Source: Falsibacillus pallidus (GTDB lineage Bacteria; Bacillota; Bacilli; Bacillales; DSM-25281). Taken from it: 24,000 bases of DNA. Position 1 is the first letter of the stretch. Every line of letters starts with the position of its first letter. The notes beneath the pieces were generated by a model. The model was not told the origin of the DNA. It did no database searches and saw nothing but the letters and a program-made list of their open reading frames with translations. Where the stretch lies: assembly GCF_050990905.1 (NCBI RefSeq), contig NZ_CP158866.1, positions 2,554,651 through 2,578,650 of the forward strand. Direction: 5' to 3'. This document shows, piece after piece, positions 10,170 through 20,853 of this stretch. The translations under genes and the position numbers were made by a program.

Positions 10170-10619
10170 TCAAAGCATGTCAATAAGCCTTTTGGAGATT
10201 ATTTCTGTTTCTTTTTCCGTCCTGCAGATAATTAAACATGTGTCATCACCACAAATCGTTCCGAGGATCTCGTCCCAGTCCAAATTATCAAGCAGCGCTC
10301 CAATTGCGTTGGCATTCCCAGGCAGCGTCTTCATAACAAGCAAATGACCTGCAGTATCACATCTGATAAAAGCATCGGTCAATGATCGTTTAAGCTTTTG
10401 AAGCGGATTGAATCGTTGGTCTGCAGGAAGGCTGTATTTATAGCGGCCATCCATTAAAGGGACTTTGACCAAGTGAAGTTCTTTAATATCCCTCGAAACG
10501 GTTGCCTGCGTTACATTGAACCCTGCATTCTTTAATTCATCGACTAATTCATCTTGAGTTTCAATATCATTCTGTGCGATGATCTCTCTTATTTTAATAT
10601 GCCGCTGTCCTTTATTCAT
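10170..10619 (-). CDS. argR: arginine repressor/activator ArgR (AhrC)
   Basis: [54 protein letters not shown]...[23 protein letters not shown]. Track ORF starts at 10634; canonical start is the ATG at 10619. Confidence 0.96.
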   Translation of the reverse strand: MNKGQRHIKIREIIAQNDIETQDELVDELKNAGFNVTQATVSRDIKELHLVKVPLMDGRYKYSLPADQRFNPLQKLKRSLTDAFIRCDTAGHLLVMKTLPGNANAIGALLDNLDWDEILGTICGDDTCLIICRTEKETEIISKRLIDML

Positions 10620-10731
10620 CATATATGATTGCAACCCCTAACCATTCTGTATAAATATTCTCCTATATACGAACATGTTAGCTTATTTCTTCTTCCTTGT
10701 ACATGATTCTTTCCCAATAATGTGTAAAAGA

Positions 10732-10761
10732 AAAGCCTGTACATAAGTACAAGCTATTTTT
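10732..10761 (-). terminator. probable intrinsic terminator downstream of yqxC/tlyA, slightly overlapping its stop region
   Basis: Minus strand AGCTTGTAC-TTAT-GTACAGGCTTTT hairpin with flanking T-run. Confidence 0.5.
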
Positions 10762-11593
10762 CTTTGGACTTCAGCTGCTGGTGAGCTTCCAAGACCACTT
10801 CTTTTATTTTTTGATCCATATCCTCGATGGCATCTGAATCATCTCCGCCCCAATTGATATGGGCTAAAAATTCTATGTTGCCATCTCCGCCGGTTATCGG
10901 TGAGAAGGAAAGGTTTTTTAGGATATATCCTTCTTCTGAAGCAAAAGAAAGGACCTTTTTCAAAACTTCCTCATGCACTTTTGGATCCCTGACTATCCCC
11001 TTTTTGCCCACTTGTTCCCTTCCTGCTTCAAACTGTGGTTTGATTAACGCCACTACGTCGCTGTCCTGCACAAGCAAGGTCTTCAGGACAGGCAGAATCA
11101 ATTTTAAGGAAATAAAGGAGACATCAATGGAGGAGAACTCAGGAAGGCCTTTCTCCAAATCTTCAGGGGTTACATACCGGAAGTTTGTCCTTTCCATAAC
11201 GACGACTCTTTCATCCTGCCTTAATTTCCATGCAAGCTGATTATAGCCGACATCCAATGCATAGGACAGCTTAGCACCATTTTGAAGTGCGCAGTCTGTA
11301 AATCCGCCTGTCGATGAACCGATGTCAATCATTATCTTCCCTTTTACATCCACACTGAACTCTTTCAATGCTTTTTCAAGCTTCAAACCGCCCCGGCTGA
11401 CATAAGGGAGGATATTCCCCTTGACAGTAAGGGGGATATCTTCGCTCACTTTTTCTCCAGGCTTGTCCAGCCTCATTTCGTTGGAATAGACAATCCCGGC
11501 CATTACGGCCCTTTTTGCCTTTTCCCTCGTTTCAGCTAAACCTCTTTCAACTAAAAGTATATCTACACGCTGTTTTTTTGCTTTCATGTTCAA
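10754..11593 (-). CDS. yqxC: TlyA/YqxC family rRNA methyltransferase (S4 domain + FtsJ-like)
   Basis: [30 protein letters not shown]4 domain; [43 protein letters not shown] methyltransferase motif. 4-bp overlap with dxs. Confidence 0.93.
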   Translation of the reverse strand: MNMKAKKQRVDILLVERGLAETREKAKRAVMAGIVYSNEMRLDKPGEKVSEDIPLTVKGNILPYVSRGGLKLEKALKEFSVDVKGKIMIDIGSSTGGFTDCALQNGAKLSYALDVGYNQLAWKLRQDERVVVMERTNFRYVTPEDLEKGLPEFSSIDVSFISLKLILPVLKTLLVQDSDVVALIKPQFEAGREQVGKKGIVRDPKVHEEVLKKVLSFASEEGYILKNLSFSPITGGDGNIEFLAHINWGGDDSDAIEDMDQKIKEVVLEAHQQLKSKEK

Positions 11594-13485
11594 GCCCTTT
11601 TTTGTTTTTTTGGTGTTAATGCCTGTATTTTGGATACTGCCTGTTCTTTCGTAAGTCCGATTTCTTCGAGTAGTTTATCCACACTGCCATGTTCGACAAA
11701 ATAATCGGGAATCCCCATTCGATCAATTACAGCACGCCCGAAGCCATGGTCATGGGCAAATTCTAATACAGCACTTCCGAAACCGCCTTGGAGCACTGCT
11801 TCTTCAATAGTCAGGATCGGCATATCCTGCGACATGATATCGGCAAGCATTTTTTCATCCATCGGCTTAATGAATCTCGCATTTACGACTTTGACTGAAA
11901 TGCCCATTTGCGCAAGTTCATCTGCTGCTTCTATTGCCATCGGAATTGTTGTTCCAAAGGTAAGGATGGCTGCATCTTCACCGTCCCTTAATACTTCCCA
12001 AGAGCCGATCGGAAGAGACTTGAGCTCTTCGTCCATTGGGACCCCGTAGCCATTCCCTCTAGGGAATCGCATCGCAATTGGACCTGCATCATAATCTATA
12101 GCTGTCTTGACCATATGCTGTCCTTCATTTTCATCTTTCGGCATCATCAAGACCATATTTGGCAAGTGTCTTAAAAATGCGATATCAAAGACGCCTTGAT
12201 GGGTTTCACCATCTGCCCCCACAAGTCCTGCCCTGTCAATTCCAATGAATACATTTAGATTCTGACGGCAAATGTCGTGCACGACCTGATCGTATGCCCT
12301 CTGCAGGAAAGTAGAATAGATCGCTAAAAATGGCTTCATCCCTTGAATGGCCAATCCAGCTGACACGGTAGCCGCATGCTGCTCGGCGATTCCCACATCA
12401 AACATTCGATCCGGGAATTCACTTGCAAATCCTTCAAGCTTGGAACCAACAGGCATCGCCGGGGTGACGGCAACAATCCGTTCATCCTCCCTTGCAAGCT
12501 TCCTGACTGTTTCACTTACAAGCTTGCTCCATGCAGGAGGTGCACTTACCGGTTTGATCAGATCACCAGTTTCGATTTTATATGGACCTGTTCCATGCCA
12601 GGTTCCGATAATATCAGACTCTGCTGGATGGAACCCTTTCCCTTTTTTCGTAATCACATGGAGGAGGACTGGCCCCTTCGTCTTTTTCGCATATTGAATA
12701 TTTTCGAATAAATCCTCGAAATCATGACCATCAACCGGACCAAGGTATGTGAATCCAAGATCCTCAAAAAACATGCCGGATACAAGGAAGTACTTCATGC
12801 TGTCTTTAATTCTCTCAGCAGTAGCGGCAAGCTTTCCGCCTACAGCAGGTATTTTCTTCAATAAATATTCAAGTTCATCTTTTGCCCATCGGTATTTCCC
12901 TGCAGTCCGCAGTTTGCCCAGGACTTTGTGAAGGGCTCCTACATTCGGGGCAATGGACATTTCATTGTCGTTAAGAACGACGATCATGTCCTTGTTTTCA
13001 TCCCCGATGTGGTTAAGCGCCTCCAAGGCCATCCCGCCTGTAAGCGCACCATCTCCTATGATCGGAAGGATGAATGATTTCTCTTTTTTCAAGTCCCTTG
13101 CAATCGCCATCCCCATTGCTGCTGACAGGGATGTTGAGCTGTGTCCGGTTTCCCATACATCATGCTCGCTTTCGTTTCTCTTAGGAAATCCGCATAAACC
13201 CTTGTATTGGCGTAGTGTATCGAATTCCCCGGCACGACCAGTTAAAATCTTATGAACATAAGACTGATGTCCTACATCCCAGATCAATTTATCCTGTGGG
13301 CTGTCAAAGCATTTGTGCAGTGCAAGAGTCAGTTCCACCACACCAAGATTAGGTCCGATATGACCGCCAGTCTTTGAGAGCTTTTCAATCAGGAACTGTC
13401 TTATTTCTCCGCTGAGCTGCTCTAATTCCTCTTTGTTCATTTTTTTGAGAAAACTGGGGTCTTTTATCGATAATAGATCCATCAC
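11590..13485 (-). CDS. dxs: 1-deoxy-D-xylulose-5-phosphate synthase
   Basis: 631 aa with [49 protein letters not shown] and [15 protein letters not shown]. Confidence 0.97.
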   Translation of the reverse strand: MMDLLSIKDPSFLKKMNKEELEQLSGEIRQFLIEKLSKTGGHIGPNLGVVELTLALHKCFDSPQDKLIWDVGHQSYVHKILTGRAGEFDTLRQYKGLCGFPKRNESEHDVWETGHSSTSLSAAMGMAIARDLKKEKSFILPIIGDGALTGGMALEALNHIGDENKDMIVVLNDNEMSIAPNVGALHKVLGKLRTAGKYRWAKDELEYLLKKIPAVGGKLAATAERIKDSMKYFLVSGMFFEDLGFTYLGPVDGHDFEDLFENIQYAKKTKGPVLLHVITKKGKGFHPAESDIIGTWHGTGPYKIETGDLIKPVSAPPAWSKLVSETVRKLAREDERIVAVTPAMPVGSKLEGFASEFPDRMFDVGIAEQHAATVSAGLAIQGMKPFLAIYSTFLQRAYDQVVHDICRQNLNVFIGIDRAGLVGADGETHQGVFDIAFLRHLPNMVLMMPKDENEGQHMVKTAIDYDAGPIAMRFPRGNGYGVPMDEELKSLPIGSWEVLRDGEDAAILTFGTTIPMAIEAADELAQMGISVKVVNARFIKPMDEKMLADIMSQDMPILTIEEAVLQGGFGSAVLEFAHDHGFGRAVIDRMGIPDYFVEHGSVDKLLEEIGLTKEQAVSKIQALTPKKQKRA

Positions 13486-13643
13486 GGATCACTCACTTTC
13501 ATCAATTAATATTTATGCCGCTAACACACAATGTGATAACGGCACCATTTTCATTGTTATTGAGTTAAAAAATTAAAAATGCGCCATTATATCAATGACC
13601 GTATTATACCATATCTATAATCATACACTCAAACTGTTGTATA

Positions 13644-14528
13644 TCAATGATCCCTTTGTGCAACAAGATCGGTGATGCCAAATAAGAATTCCGCCTCGTG
13701 ACCTGCGTTTTCCAAGGCACCCTTTGCCATGGATACATGTTCAGCAAGCTTTGATTTTGCCCCATCCAACGAGAGAAGGGACGGATAAGTGCTTTTATGA
13801 TTATCGGCATCACTGCCTACAGGCTTGCCGATCTTTGATTCATCTCCCTCAATATCTAAGATGTCATCTTGTATCTGAAAAGCAAGGCCAAGATTCACAG
13901 CATATCTTTCGTATTGTTTCAGCTCTTCTTCATTGGCTCCAGCGATTATTGCCCCTGCCAGTACACTGAATACAAGCAGTTTCCCCGTTTTGTGAAGATG
14001 GATATATTCCAATTGCTCAAGGCTGAGGGATTGATTTTCACCTTCGATATCTGCTGCCTGGCCGCCGACCATCCCTTCTGGCCCTGCACATTTTGCAAGC
14101 AAGGCAATCAATTTCATACGTGTTTGCGGTGATATGCTTTCATCTTCTGCAATCATCTGAAAACTGTAAGTCAGCAGACCGTCCCCTGCAAGAATGGCAA
14201 ATGCTTCTCCAAAAACCTTGTGATTGGTAGGTTTCCCTCTCCTGAGATCATCGTCATCCATACTCGGAAGATCATCATGTATCAGGGAATATGTATGGAT
14301 CATTTCAAGGGCACATGCAGCAGATAGGCCCATTTTTTCTTCTTTATTGAAGGCTTTTAAAGTAGCCATCAATAAGACAGGGCGCAGCCTTTTTCCTCCC
14401 GCTTGAAGGGAATAAAGCATCGCCTCTTTCAATCGCTCCGGTGTACTTAATTTTTGGACAGTTCTTTCTAATTCCGCTTCAATCATATTGATGCACTTTT
14501 TCATAAATTCTTTCAAGACAGCTGACAA
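13644..14528 (-). CDS. ispA: farnesyl/geranyl diphosphate synthase (polyprenyl synthetase)
   Basis: LQAGGKRLRPVLLMATL, first Asp-rich motif DDLPSMDDDDLRRGKPTNHK and second motif LAFQIQDDILDIEGD. Confidence 0.95.
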   Translation of the reverse strand: MSAVLKEFMKKCINMIEAELERTVQKLSTPERLKEAMLYSLQAGGKRLRPVLLMATLKAFNKEEKMGLSAACALEMIHTYSLIHDDLPSMDDDDLRRGKPTNHKVFGEAFAILAGDGLLTYSFQMIAEDESISPQTRMKLIALLAKCAGPEGMVGGQAADIEGENQSLSLEQLEYIHLHKTGKLLVFSVLAGAIIAGANEEELKQYERYAVNLGLAFQIQDDILDIEGDESKIGKPVGSDADNHKSTYPSLLSLDGAKSKLAEHVSMAKGALENAGHEAEFLFGITDLVAQRDH

Positions 14529-14531
14529 GAT

Positions 14532-14759
14532 TCAATCCTCCTCTTGGAGCGAAAAATCTTTTTCGCCATCTTCAGTCAGGACTTTGGTCAATTGATTCTC
14601 CACATTCTTTAATTTATCGTGGCAAAGTTTAGAGAGTTCCATCCCTTTTTGATAGATTGTAATTGCTTCTTCGAGTTCAACTTCCCCATCCTCAAGCTTC
14701 TGTACGATGGCTTCAAGCTGTTCCATCGCCTGTTCAAAGGTCAATTTATCATCTTTCAT
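14532..14759 (-). CDS. xseB: exodeoxyribonuclease VII small subunit
   Basis: 75 aa, LTFEQAMEQLEAIVQKLEDGEVELEEAITIYQKGMELSKLCHDKL; overlaps the 3' end of xseA. Confidence 0.94.
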   Translation of the reverse strand: MKDDKLTFEQAMEQLEAIVQKLEDGEVELEEAITIYQKGMELSKLCHDKLKNVENQLTKVLTEDGEKDFSLQEED

Positions 14760-16107
14760 TGTAAGATTCCTCCTTTATTTCATCCACAGTGCATTGCAGC
14801 TGTCCATCTTTTAAATGAACCTTTATGTTCTGTCCCGCTTTAAGCTGTTCGATCGACTTCACTACTTGTCTATTTTCCGTATAAGCGACACTATAGCCCC
14901 TATCCATTATTTTCAAGGGATTCAGAGCTTCAAGGGCAGTAAGGCTTTTAGCGAATTTTTGGTTTTTTTTCTCCAAAATCCCGCCCATATTCCTTTGCAG
15001 CCATTTATCCAGCCCTTTATGTCTTTCTACTGATTGCTCCCATTTCCTTTGTGGATGATTCCGTTCCAATCTCATCGTTAAATGATTGACTTTCTCTTCA
15101 AAAGCTTGGAAGTAAATAGACTTTTCTCTTTGGAGCCTCTCTGTAAGCCTATCCAATTGAACCATCTTTTGCTCATATAATTTGATAGGATTTCTAAAAA
15201 CATAGCTTTGCTGAAGTCTTTGGAGTGCTTTTCTATAGGATTCTACTCTCGTTCTCATGCTTCTGATGAGCCTCATCTGCTGATTCATCACTCTATCAAG
15301 GACCTCTTCGATATGAGGCACGGCCAACTCTGCAGCCCCTGTTGGAGTCGGCGCCCTTAAATCTGCCACAAAATCTGCAATGGTAAAATCCGTTTCATGC
15401 CCTACTGCAGATATTACGGGGATGGAGGAATGATAGATTGCACGCGCAACCACTTCTTCATTAAAGGACCACAACTCTTCTATTGATCCTCCACCCCTGC
15501 CAACGATCAGTACGTCGATGCCGCCTATTTCATTTGCTTTTGAAATGGCATCCACAATTGAGGCAGCAGCCTTTTCCCCTTGCACCAATGCAGGGATGAT
15601 GAGAGTTTTTCCAATCGGGTATCTTCTTCTGACAGTCGTGATAATGTCCCTAACAGCCGCGCCGGTTGGAGAAGTGATGACTCCGATTGTACGGGGATAA
15701 GATGGGATTTCTCTTTTTCGGGATTGTAAAAACAACCCTTCTTTTTCTAATTTCTCTTTTAACTGTTCGTATGCTAAATAAAGAGCACCAATACCGTCGG
15801 GCTCCATGGATTTAACATAAATTTGGTACTGTCCGCTTGATTCAAAAATTGAAATATCCCCACGAACCAATACATTCATTCCGTTTTCCGGCTGGAATTT
15901 TAAAGAGGCCGCTGAAGATGAAAACATGACGGACATTATGCGGGATTTATCATCTTTCAATGTAAAATACATATGTCCGCTCGAATGCCTTTTGAAATTC
16001 GAAATTTCCCCTTTTACATATACATCTTTCAGATATGGATCCATTTCAAATTTTTTCTTTATGTATTTCGTAAGTGCCTTTACAGTAAGGTAGCGATTAT
16101 CTGTCAT
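14749..16107 (-). CDS. xseA: exodeoxyribonuclease VII large subunit
   Basis: MTDNRYLTVKALTKYIKKKFEMDPYLKDVYVKGEISNFKRHSSGHMYFTLKD...VGRGGGSIEELWSFNEE. Track ORF starts at 16116. Confidence 0.96.
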   Translation of the reverse strand: MTDNRYLTVKALTKYIKKKFEMDPYLKDVYVKGEISNFKRHSSGHMYFTLKDDKSRIMSVMFSSSAASLKFQPENGMNVLVRGDISIFESSGQYQIYVKSMEPDGIGALYLAYEQLKEKLEKEGLFLQSRKREIPSYPRTIGVITSPTGAAVRDIITTVRRRYPIGKTLIIPALVQGEKAAASIVDAISKANEIGGIDVLIVGRGGGSIEELWSFNEEVVARAIYHSSIPVISAVGHETDFTIADFVADLRAPTPTGAAELAVPHIEEVLDRVMNQQMRLIRSMRTRVESYRKALQRLQQSYVFRNPIKLYEQKMVQLDRLTERLQREKSIYFQAFEEKVNHLTMRLERNHPQRKWEQSVERHKGLDKWLQRNMGGILEKKNQKFAKSLTALEALNPLKIMDRGYSVAYTENRQVVKSIEQLKAGQNIKVHLKDGQLQCTVDEIKEESYNER

Positions 16108-16137
16108 TTCTCCCACCTCTTTACTAGAAATTCAAAG

Positions 16138-16169
16138 AAAAGCTGCCGGAAACGATAAAGGCAGCTTTT
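16138..16169 (-). terminator. intrinsic terminator-like hairpin between nusB and xseA, where folD lies in B. subtilis
   Basis: aaaagctgcc (16138-16147) / ggcagctttt (16160-16169) perfect 10-bp inverted repeat, 12-nt loop; minus-strand 3' flank TTTTCTTTG. Confidence 0.75.
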
Positions 16170-16229
16170 GATTCAACCAGCAAATAGTCTATATATTCAA
16201 ATCTGCTGCTGTCCATCAGGGAAATAGAA

Positions 16230-16622
16230 TTACTTATTCAAGGAATCTTTAACTTTTGAAAGGACCCCATTGATGAATTTGCTTGATTGGTCATCTCCGA
16301 ACACTTTGGCAATTTCTATCGCTTCATTAATTGCAACGTTTGGCGGCATTTCCTCGACGAAACACATTTCATAGACACAAATCCTCATGATATTACGGTC
16401 TACTTTTGCCAGTCGGTCAAGTTTCCATTTTTGCAGGTTAGACTGGATTTTTTCATCAATTTCATTTTTATGTTCCATCGTGCCGCTTACAAGCTGCTGA
16501 AGGTATTCATCGTTTGACTTTCCTTCCAGCACGTGCTCAATTGCATCTGAGGCTGAGATATCATTCATGTCCATTTGGAAAAGGGCTTGAAGCGCTTTTT
16601 CACGGGCAGTACGTCTTTTCAT
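16230..16622 (-). CDS. nusB: transcription antitermination factor NusB
   Basis: MKRRTAREKALQALFQMDM...VDRNIMRICVYEMCFVEEMPPNVAINEAIEIAKVFGDDQSSKFINGVLSKV. Confidence 0.96.
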   Translation of the reverse strand: MKRRTAREKALQALFQMDMNDISASDAIEHVLEGKSNDEYLQQLVSGTMEHKNEIDEKIQSNLQKWKLDRLAKVDRNIMRICVYEMCFVEEMPPNVAINEAIEIAKVFGDDQSSKFINGVLSKVKDSLNK

Positions 16623-16817
16623 TTATATATTGCTCCTTTTAAAATCAATTTCAATCTTTCAATTCGTCATAAGAAGATAATAGCATAAATGAAGGAATGA
16701 AAGCACGAGTATTGTAATAGAGGAATAATTCTTACATCTCCAATTTAAAGATTAATGGTGGAATGGGTCAATTTTAATGAAAAGAGGAGCCCCTTTTAGG
16801 AGCCCCCATATCAATCA

Positions 16818-17234
16818 TTATTCTTCGATTTCGTATTCCGCTTCAATCTTCTGGTTTTCGAATTGGATGCCCACTACATGGACATTTACTTCATCTGCAT
16901 CAAGTGCAGTCATATTCAATAAGGCTTGACGGATATTATCCTGGATTTTCTGGGCCACTGAAGGAATGGAAACACCAAAATTCATCAGGCAGTATACATC
17001 GACTTTAATGCCTTCTTCTGTCAATTCAACCTTGACGCCTTTTCCGTGGTTCTTCTTGCCGAGTCTTTCAACTACGCCAGTGGCGAAGTTCCCTCTCATC
17101 TGGGCAACACCTTCCACTTCGGAAGCAGCAATCCCTGCAATGACTTCAATGACTTCCGGTGCAATTTCCACCTTGCCAAGGCCGTCGTTGCCCTGATCCA
17201 TTTCAAGCATATTATAGTTTTGGTTTTCAGCCAT
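16818..17234 (-). CDS. yqhY: Asp23/Gls24 family envelope stress response protein (YqhY-like)
   Basis: GKVEIAPEVIEVIAGIAASEVEGVAQMRG...VKVELTEEGIKVDVYCLMNFGVSIPSVAQKIQDNIRQAL; located directly downstream of accC. Confidence 0.93.
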   Translation of the reverse strand: MAENQNYNMLEMDQGNDGLGKVEIAPEVIEVIAGIAASEVEGVAQMRGNFATGVVERLGKKNHGKGVKVELTEEGIKVDVYCLMNFGVSIPSVAQKIQDNIRQALLNMTALDADEVNVHVVGIQFENQKIEAEYEIEE

Positions 17235-17254
17235 TAAATGACACCTCCATATTT

Positions 17255-18607
17255 TTATGAATTCATAACATCATATTTTTCAAGGAATTTCGTGTTGAAA
17301 TCCCCGCCAACGAATGTTTCATGTTCAAGCAGTTTAATGTGGAAAGGAATCGTTGTATGGACGCCTTCGACAACAAACTCACTCAAGGCACGCTTCATTC
17401 TTTGGATGGCTTCTTCCCTTGTTGCACCGTAAGAAATGACTTTCGCAATCATGGAATCGTAGTATGGTGGAATCGAATAGCCTGGATATGCTGCTGAATC
17501 CACGCGCACACCAAGTCCGCCAGGAGGAAGATACATTTCAATTTTACCCGCTGAAGGCATAAAATTCTTTTCCGGATTTTCTGCATTGATCCTGCATTCG
17601 ATTGCCCATCCGTTGAACGTTACTTCCTCCTGTTTCAAGGAGAGCTTTTCTCCTGAAGCGACTTTGATTTGTTCTTTGATCAAATCAACGCCTGTAACCA
17701 TTTCCGTTACTGGATGCTCTACTTGGATCCGCGTATTCATTTCCATGAAATAGAATTTACGGTTTACATGGTCAAAGATGAATTCAACAGTACCAGCACC
17801 TGAATAATCAACTGCCTGCGCTGCTTTTACAGCTGCCTCACCCATTGCTGCCCTTGTTTCTCCATCCAATGCAGGGGACGGCGTCTCTTCCAGAAGCTTT
17901 TGAAGCCTTCTCTGAATGGAACAGTCCCTTTCCCCTAAGTGGATAACATTTCCGTGATTGTCAGCAAGCACTTGAATTTCTACATGACGGAAATCCTCGA
18001 TGTACTTTTCAATATATACCCCAGGATTGCCAAAAGCAGTCATGGCTTCCTGCTGAGTGATATTGATCCCTTTAATAAGCTCCTGCTCTGTCTTTGCAAC
18101 GCGGATGCCTTTCCCTCCGCCTCCAGCAGTTGCCTTGATGATTACAGGGTAGCCCATATCATTGGCAAGGGCTAAAGCATCATCGATATCCTTGACGATG
18201 CCTCTTGAACCTGGGACGATCGGGACGCCGGCTTCCCGCATCGTTTCCCTGGCAACATCTTTCGTACCCATTTTCGAAATGGCTTCCGGGCTCGGACCAA
18301 TGAAAATGATATTGCAGTCTCTGCAGAGCTCAGCAAAATCTGAGTTCTCTGAAAGGAATCCGTAGCCGGGGTGAATGGCGTCACAGCCAGTCAATTTAGC
18401 TACACTAATGATATTTGTAAAGTTTAAATAACTGTCTTTGGATGCTTTTGGTCCAATGCAATAAGCTTCATCAGCAATTTGAACATGAAGGGCTTCTTTA
18501 TCAGCCTCTGAATATACAGCGACTGATTCAATACCCATTTCACGGCAGGCCCTGATAACGCGGACCGCAATTTCTCCTCTATTCGCAATCAATACTTTTT
18601 TAATCAT
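17255..18607 (-). CDS. accC: acetyl-CoA carboxylase, biotin carboxylase subunit
   Basis: [76 protein letters not shown]. Confidence 0.97.
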   Translation of the reverse strand: MIKKVLIANRGEIAVRVIRACREMGIESVAVYSEADKEALHVQIADEAYCIGPKASKDSYLNFTNIISVAKLTGCDAIHPGYGFLSENSDFAELCRDCNIIFIGPSPEAISKMGTKDVARETMREAGVPIVPGSRGIVKDIDDALALANDMGYPVIIKATAGGGGKGIRVAKTEQELIKGINITQQEAMTAFGNPGVYIEKYIEDFRHVEIQVLADNHGNVIHLGERDCSIQRRLQKLLEETPSPALDGETRAAMGEAAVKAAQAVDYSGAGTVEFIFDHVNRKFYFMEMNTRIQVEHPVTEMVTGVDLIKEQIKVASGEKLSLKQEEVTFNGWAIECRINAENPEKNFMPSAGKIEMYLPPGGLGVRVDSAAYPGYSIPPYYDSMIAKVISYGATREEAIQRMKRALSEFVVEGVHTTIPFHIKLLEHETFVGGDFNTKFLEKYDVMNS

Positions 18608-18619
18608 TAAAATCGCTCC

Positions 18620-19126
18620 TTATTCAGGCTTTACCAAGAATAATGGCTGTCCGTATTCTACTAGTTGTCCATCTTTAACTAAGATTTCAACAATTTCCCC
18701 GGTTACTTCTGCTTCGATTTCATTGAAAAGCTTCATTGCTTCAACGATGCAGACCACGGAGTCAGAAGTTACTTTGGAACCTGGCTTTACATAAACATCT
18801 GCATCCGGGGATGGAGATGCATAGAAGGTCCCTACCATCGGGGAAGTGATTTTATGTAAGTTTTCATCTTCTTTTGGCTTCTCTGCTGCTGCAGGCTGCA
18901 CTGCTTCCGCTGCTGGAGCCTGAACTTGTACTGGAGCAGCTGCTGGAGCTGGTGCTGCTGGAGCCGGAGGCGGTGTTGGAACTGCTGCAGCCTGGACTGG
19001 TGCTGCTGCGCCTTCAACCGTTTTCTTCATTTCGATTTTTGCACCTTCATATTCATAAACAAATTCATTAATGCTGGATTGATCAACTAATTTAATAAGC
19101 TCACGGATTTCTTGAACTTTTAACAT
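18620..19126 (-). CDS. accB: acetyl-CoA carboxylase, biotin carboxyl carrier protein
   Basis: [22 protein letters not shown]...; C-terminal biotinyl domain with [14 protein letters not shown] (biotinylated K) and a Pro/Ala-rich linker. Track ORF starts at 19135. Confidence 0.96.
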   Translation of the reverse strand: MLKVQEIRELIKLVDQSSINEFVYEYEGAKIEMKKTVEGAAAPVQAAAVPTPPPAPAAPAPAAAPVQVQAPAAEAVQPAAAEKPKEDENLHKITSPMVGTFYASPSPDADVYVKPGSKVTSDSVVCIVEAMKLFNEIEAEVTGEIVEILVKDGQLVEYGQPLFLVKPE

Positions 19127-19166
19127 GACATACATCTCCTAACATAAATTATGACTAGCTACTAAT

Positions 19167-19196
19167 ATCATACGATAATTTCTATCGTAAATTCAA
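19167..19196 (-). promoter_or_regulatory. candidate sigma-A promoter for accB-accC with an embedded inverted repeat
   Basis: Minus strand TTGAAT-N18-TATGAT. TACGATA-N5-TATCGTA (19171-19189) lies within the spacer and touches the -10. Confidence 0.5.
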
Positions 19197-19328
19197 TAAA
19201 AGATTGGTAAGACCACTCAATGGGTGAAAATCCATCCCATTTGAATTTTACCGAAAAAGAAGGATATTTGTCTAATGAAAGCGAATTCATTTCAAAAATA
19301 GGAGAAAAGTTTTAGGGAGAGAATAATA

Positions 19329-20804
19329 GTGAAATCGTTGGAATCATTAAAACATGAAGATTTAATCCGCAAGAACTCATTAGTAGTCAAAGCTGCATTC
19401 GTTTCCGTCCTGCTGGCAGCCGCTGTAGATATATCCATGAAAAAAGACCTGGCTGTGATATTGTCCATCGTACTTGCAGGTGGAGTTGGCGTGGCCATCA
19501 TTGCAGTGCTGCATTTTTGGGGGAAATGGACAAAGGGAATCCCTTACATTGCAACAATTATCGTTGCCTCTGTGATGTTTGTAATCATGCAGAACAGCAT
19601 TTCACCCACAGCTTATTTTCTCGTCTATTTTGTTTTAGCGACTTCCGCCATCTATATGAAAAGAAATATATTGCTCTTGAGCATCTTTTTCGGTTTTGGG
19701 ATTAATGTCATTTTTACTATTTTGCACCATTCGGAACTTCCATATGAATCTAAAAATTATGTCACTATTTTTCTTTTATTTGGACTTGTTTCAATTATGC
19801 TTCTGTTCCAGTTAAGCATATCCAATAAAATGGAAGCAAACCTGTTGGAACTCCAAAATCAAACGCAGGAACTTTTAGAAAAAGAAGAGAAAAATCAAAA
19901 GTCTATCTTTGAAAATACCTCTGTTCTCTTAAGGATGCTTAAGCAAGTGAAGGAAGAAAGCGATTCAGCCGTTTCTTCCGCTCAGGCGATGAATCAGGAT
20001 ATATTAGGGATTGCCACAGGTGTACAAGCTCAAAACAATAATATACATGAAATTTCTAAAGAACTTTCTATGTCCAATCGCCGCGTCCAAAAGATGGTCG
20101 AACAAGCGGTGGAATTGAATGATAAATCAAATGAGGCCGGTACTGTCAGTTTAAAAGGCTCAAAATACATGGACAATCTTCAGATAGAGCTGATGAATTT
20201 TTCTGAAGTCGTCGCTCAGCTGAGTCAAAAAATCAATGGTCTTACAAAACTGAATGAAGAAGCAAGCATCCATTCATTGACGATACAGGATATTGCAAAA
20301 CAGACAAATTTGCTTGCCTTGAATGCGTCAATTGAAGCAGCAAGGGCTGGAGAAAGCGGAAAAGGTTTTGCAGTAGTTGCGGAAGAGGTCCGTAAATTAG
20401 CGGATATCACCAATATCACAGCCAATCACATCTCATCCAATTTATTGAAGGTGCGCGATGAAACAACGGAAGTCCTGAAGGATGTAGATACTGCAGTAGA
20501 CAGATTAGGCAACCAGAAGGAACTCGCGATGGAAACGCAATCGATGTTCTCCATCATTAAGGGGACATTCGAAGAATTGCAATTGGGATTCCAACATAAT
20601 AAAGGCTTCGCAATGGAAGTTGCCCAGTCTTCAGACAACATCGAAAGCAGGATCAATGAATTCAGCAGTCTGATGGATCAAGCAAGTGCAATCTTGCAGG
20701 AATTGACATCTGCAATGAACAATCAGACTTCCCAATTCATTGGGTTGAATCAGCTTGTTGCCGATTCAACGAAAGCTACAGATAATTTGATTGCGTTATA
20801 CTAA
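19329..20804 (+). CDS. methyl-accepting chemotaxis-type signalling protein with a multi-pass N-terminal membrane domain
   Basis: 491 aa, GTG start with upstream AGGGAGA. Several hydrophobic segments in the N-terminal ~160 aa, then a coiled-coil signalling domain with hairpin tip [38 protein letters not shown]. Confidence 0.9.
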   Translation: MKSLESLKHEDLIRKNSLVVKAAFVSVLLAAAVDISMKKDLAVILSIVLAGGVGVAIIAVLHFWGKWTKGIPYIATIIVASVMFVIMQNSISPTAYFLVYFVLATSAIYMKRNILLLSIFFGFGINVIFTILHHSELPYESKNYVTIFLLFGLVSIMLLFQLSISNKMEANLLELQNQTQELLEKEEKNQKSIFENTSVLLRMLKQVKEESDSAVSSAQAMNQDILGIATGVQAQNNNIHEISKELSMSNRRVQKMVEQAVELNDKSNEAGTVSLKGSKYMDNLQIELMNFSEVVAQLSQKINGLTKLNEEASIHSLTIQDIAKQTNLLALNASIEAARAGESGKGFAVVAEEVRKLADITNITANHISSNLLKVRDETTEVLKDVDTAVDRLGNQKELAMETQSMFSIIKGTFEELQLGFQHNKGFAMEVAQSSDNIESRINEFSSLMDQASAILQELTSAMNNQTSQFIGLNQLVADSTKATDNLIALY

Positions 20805-20810
20805 AACAAA

Positions 20811-20846
20811 AAAAGGAAGCGTCAATTATGGCGCTTCCTTTTTCCT
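20811..20846 (+). terminator. intrinsic terminator downstream of the MCP-type gene
   Basis: ggaagcgtc-aattat-ggcgcttcc hairpin followed by tttttcc. Confidence 0.85.
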
Positions 20847-20853
20847 TGATCTA

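Noticed and set aside
13486-13643. 158-bp gap between ispA and dxs with a weak tgccg/cggca hairpin
   Set aside because: I cannot recognise a gene remnant, riboswitch or clear terminator. Probably an ordinary spacer, though it deserves inclusion in any promoter mapping.
13604-13813. 69-aa minus-strand ORF overlapping the ispA 3' end
   Set aside because: Out-of-frame overlap with the conserved ispA C-terminus; no family features.
18832-19017. Gln-rich 61-aa minus ORF and Leu-rich 65-aa plus ORF across accB
   Set aside because: Alternative-frame readings of the Pro/Ala/Gln-rich linker codons of accB (repeated gca/cct/cca-type triplets). The repetition is explained by the BCCP hinge.
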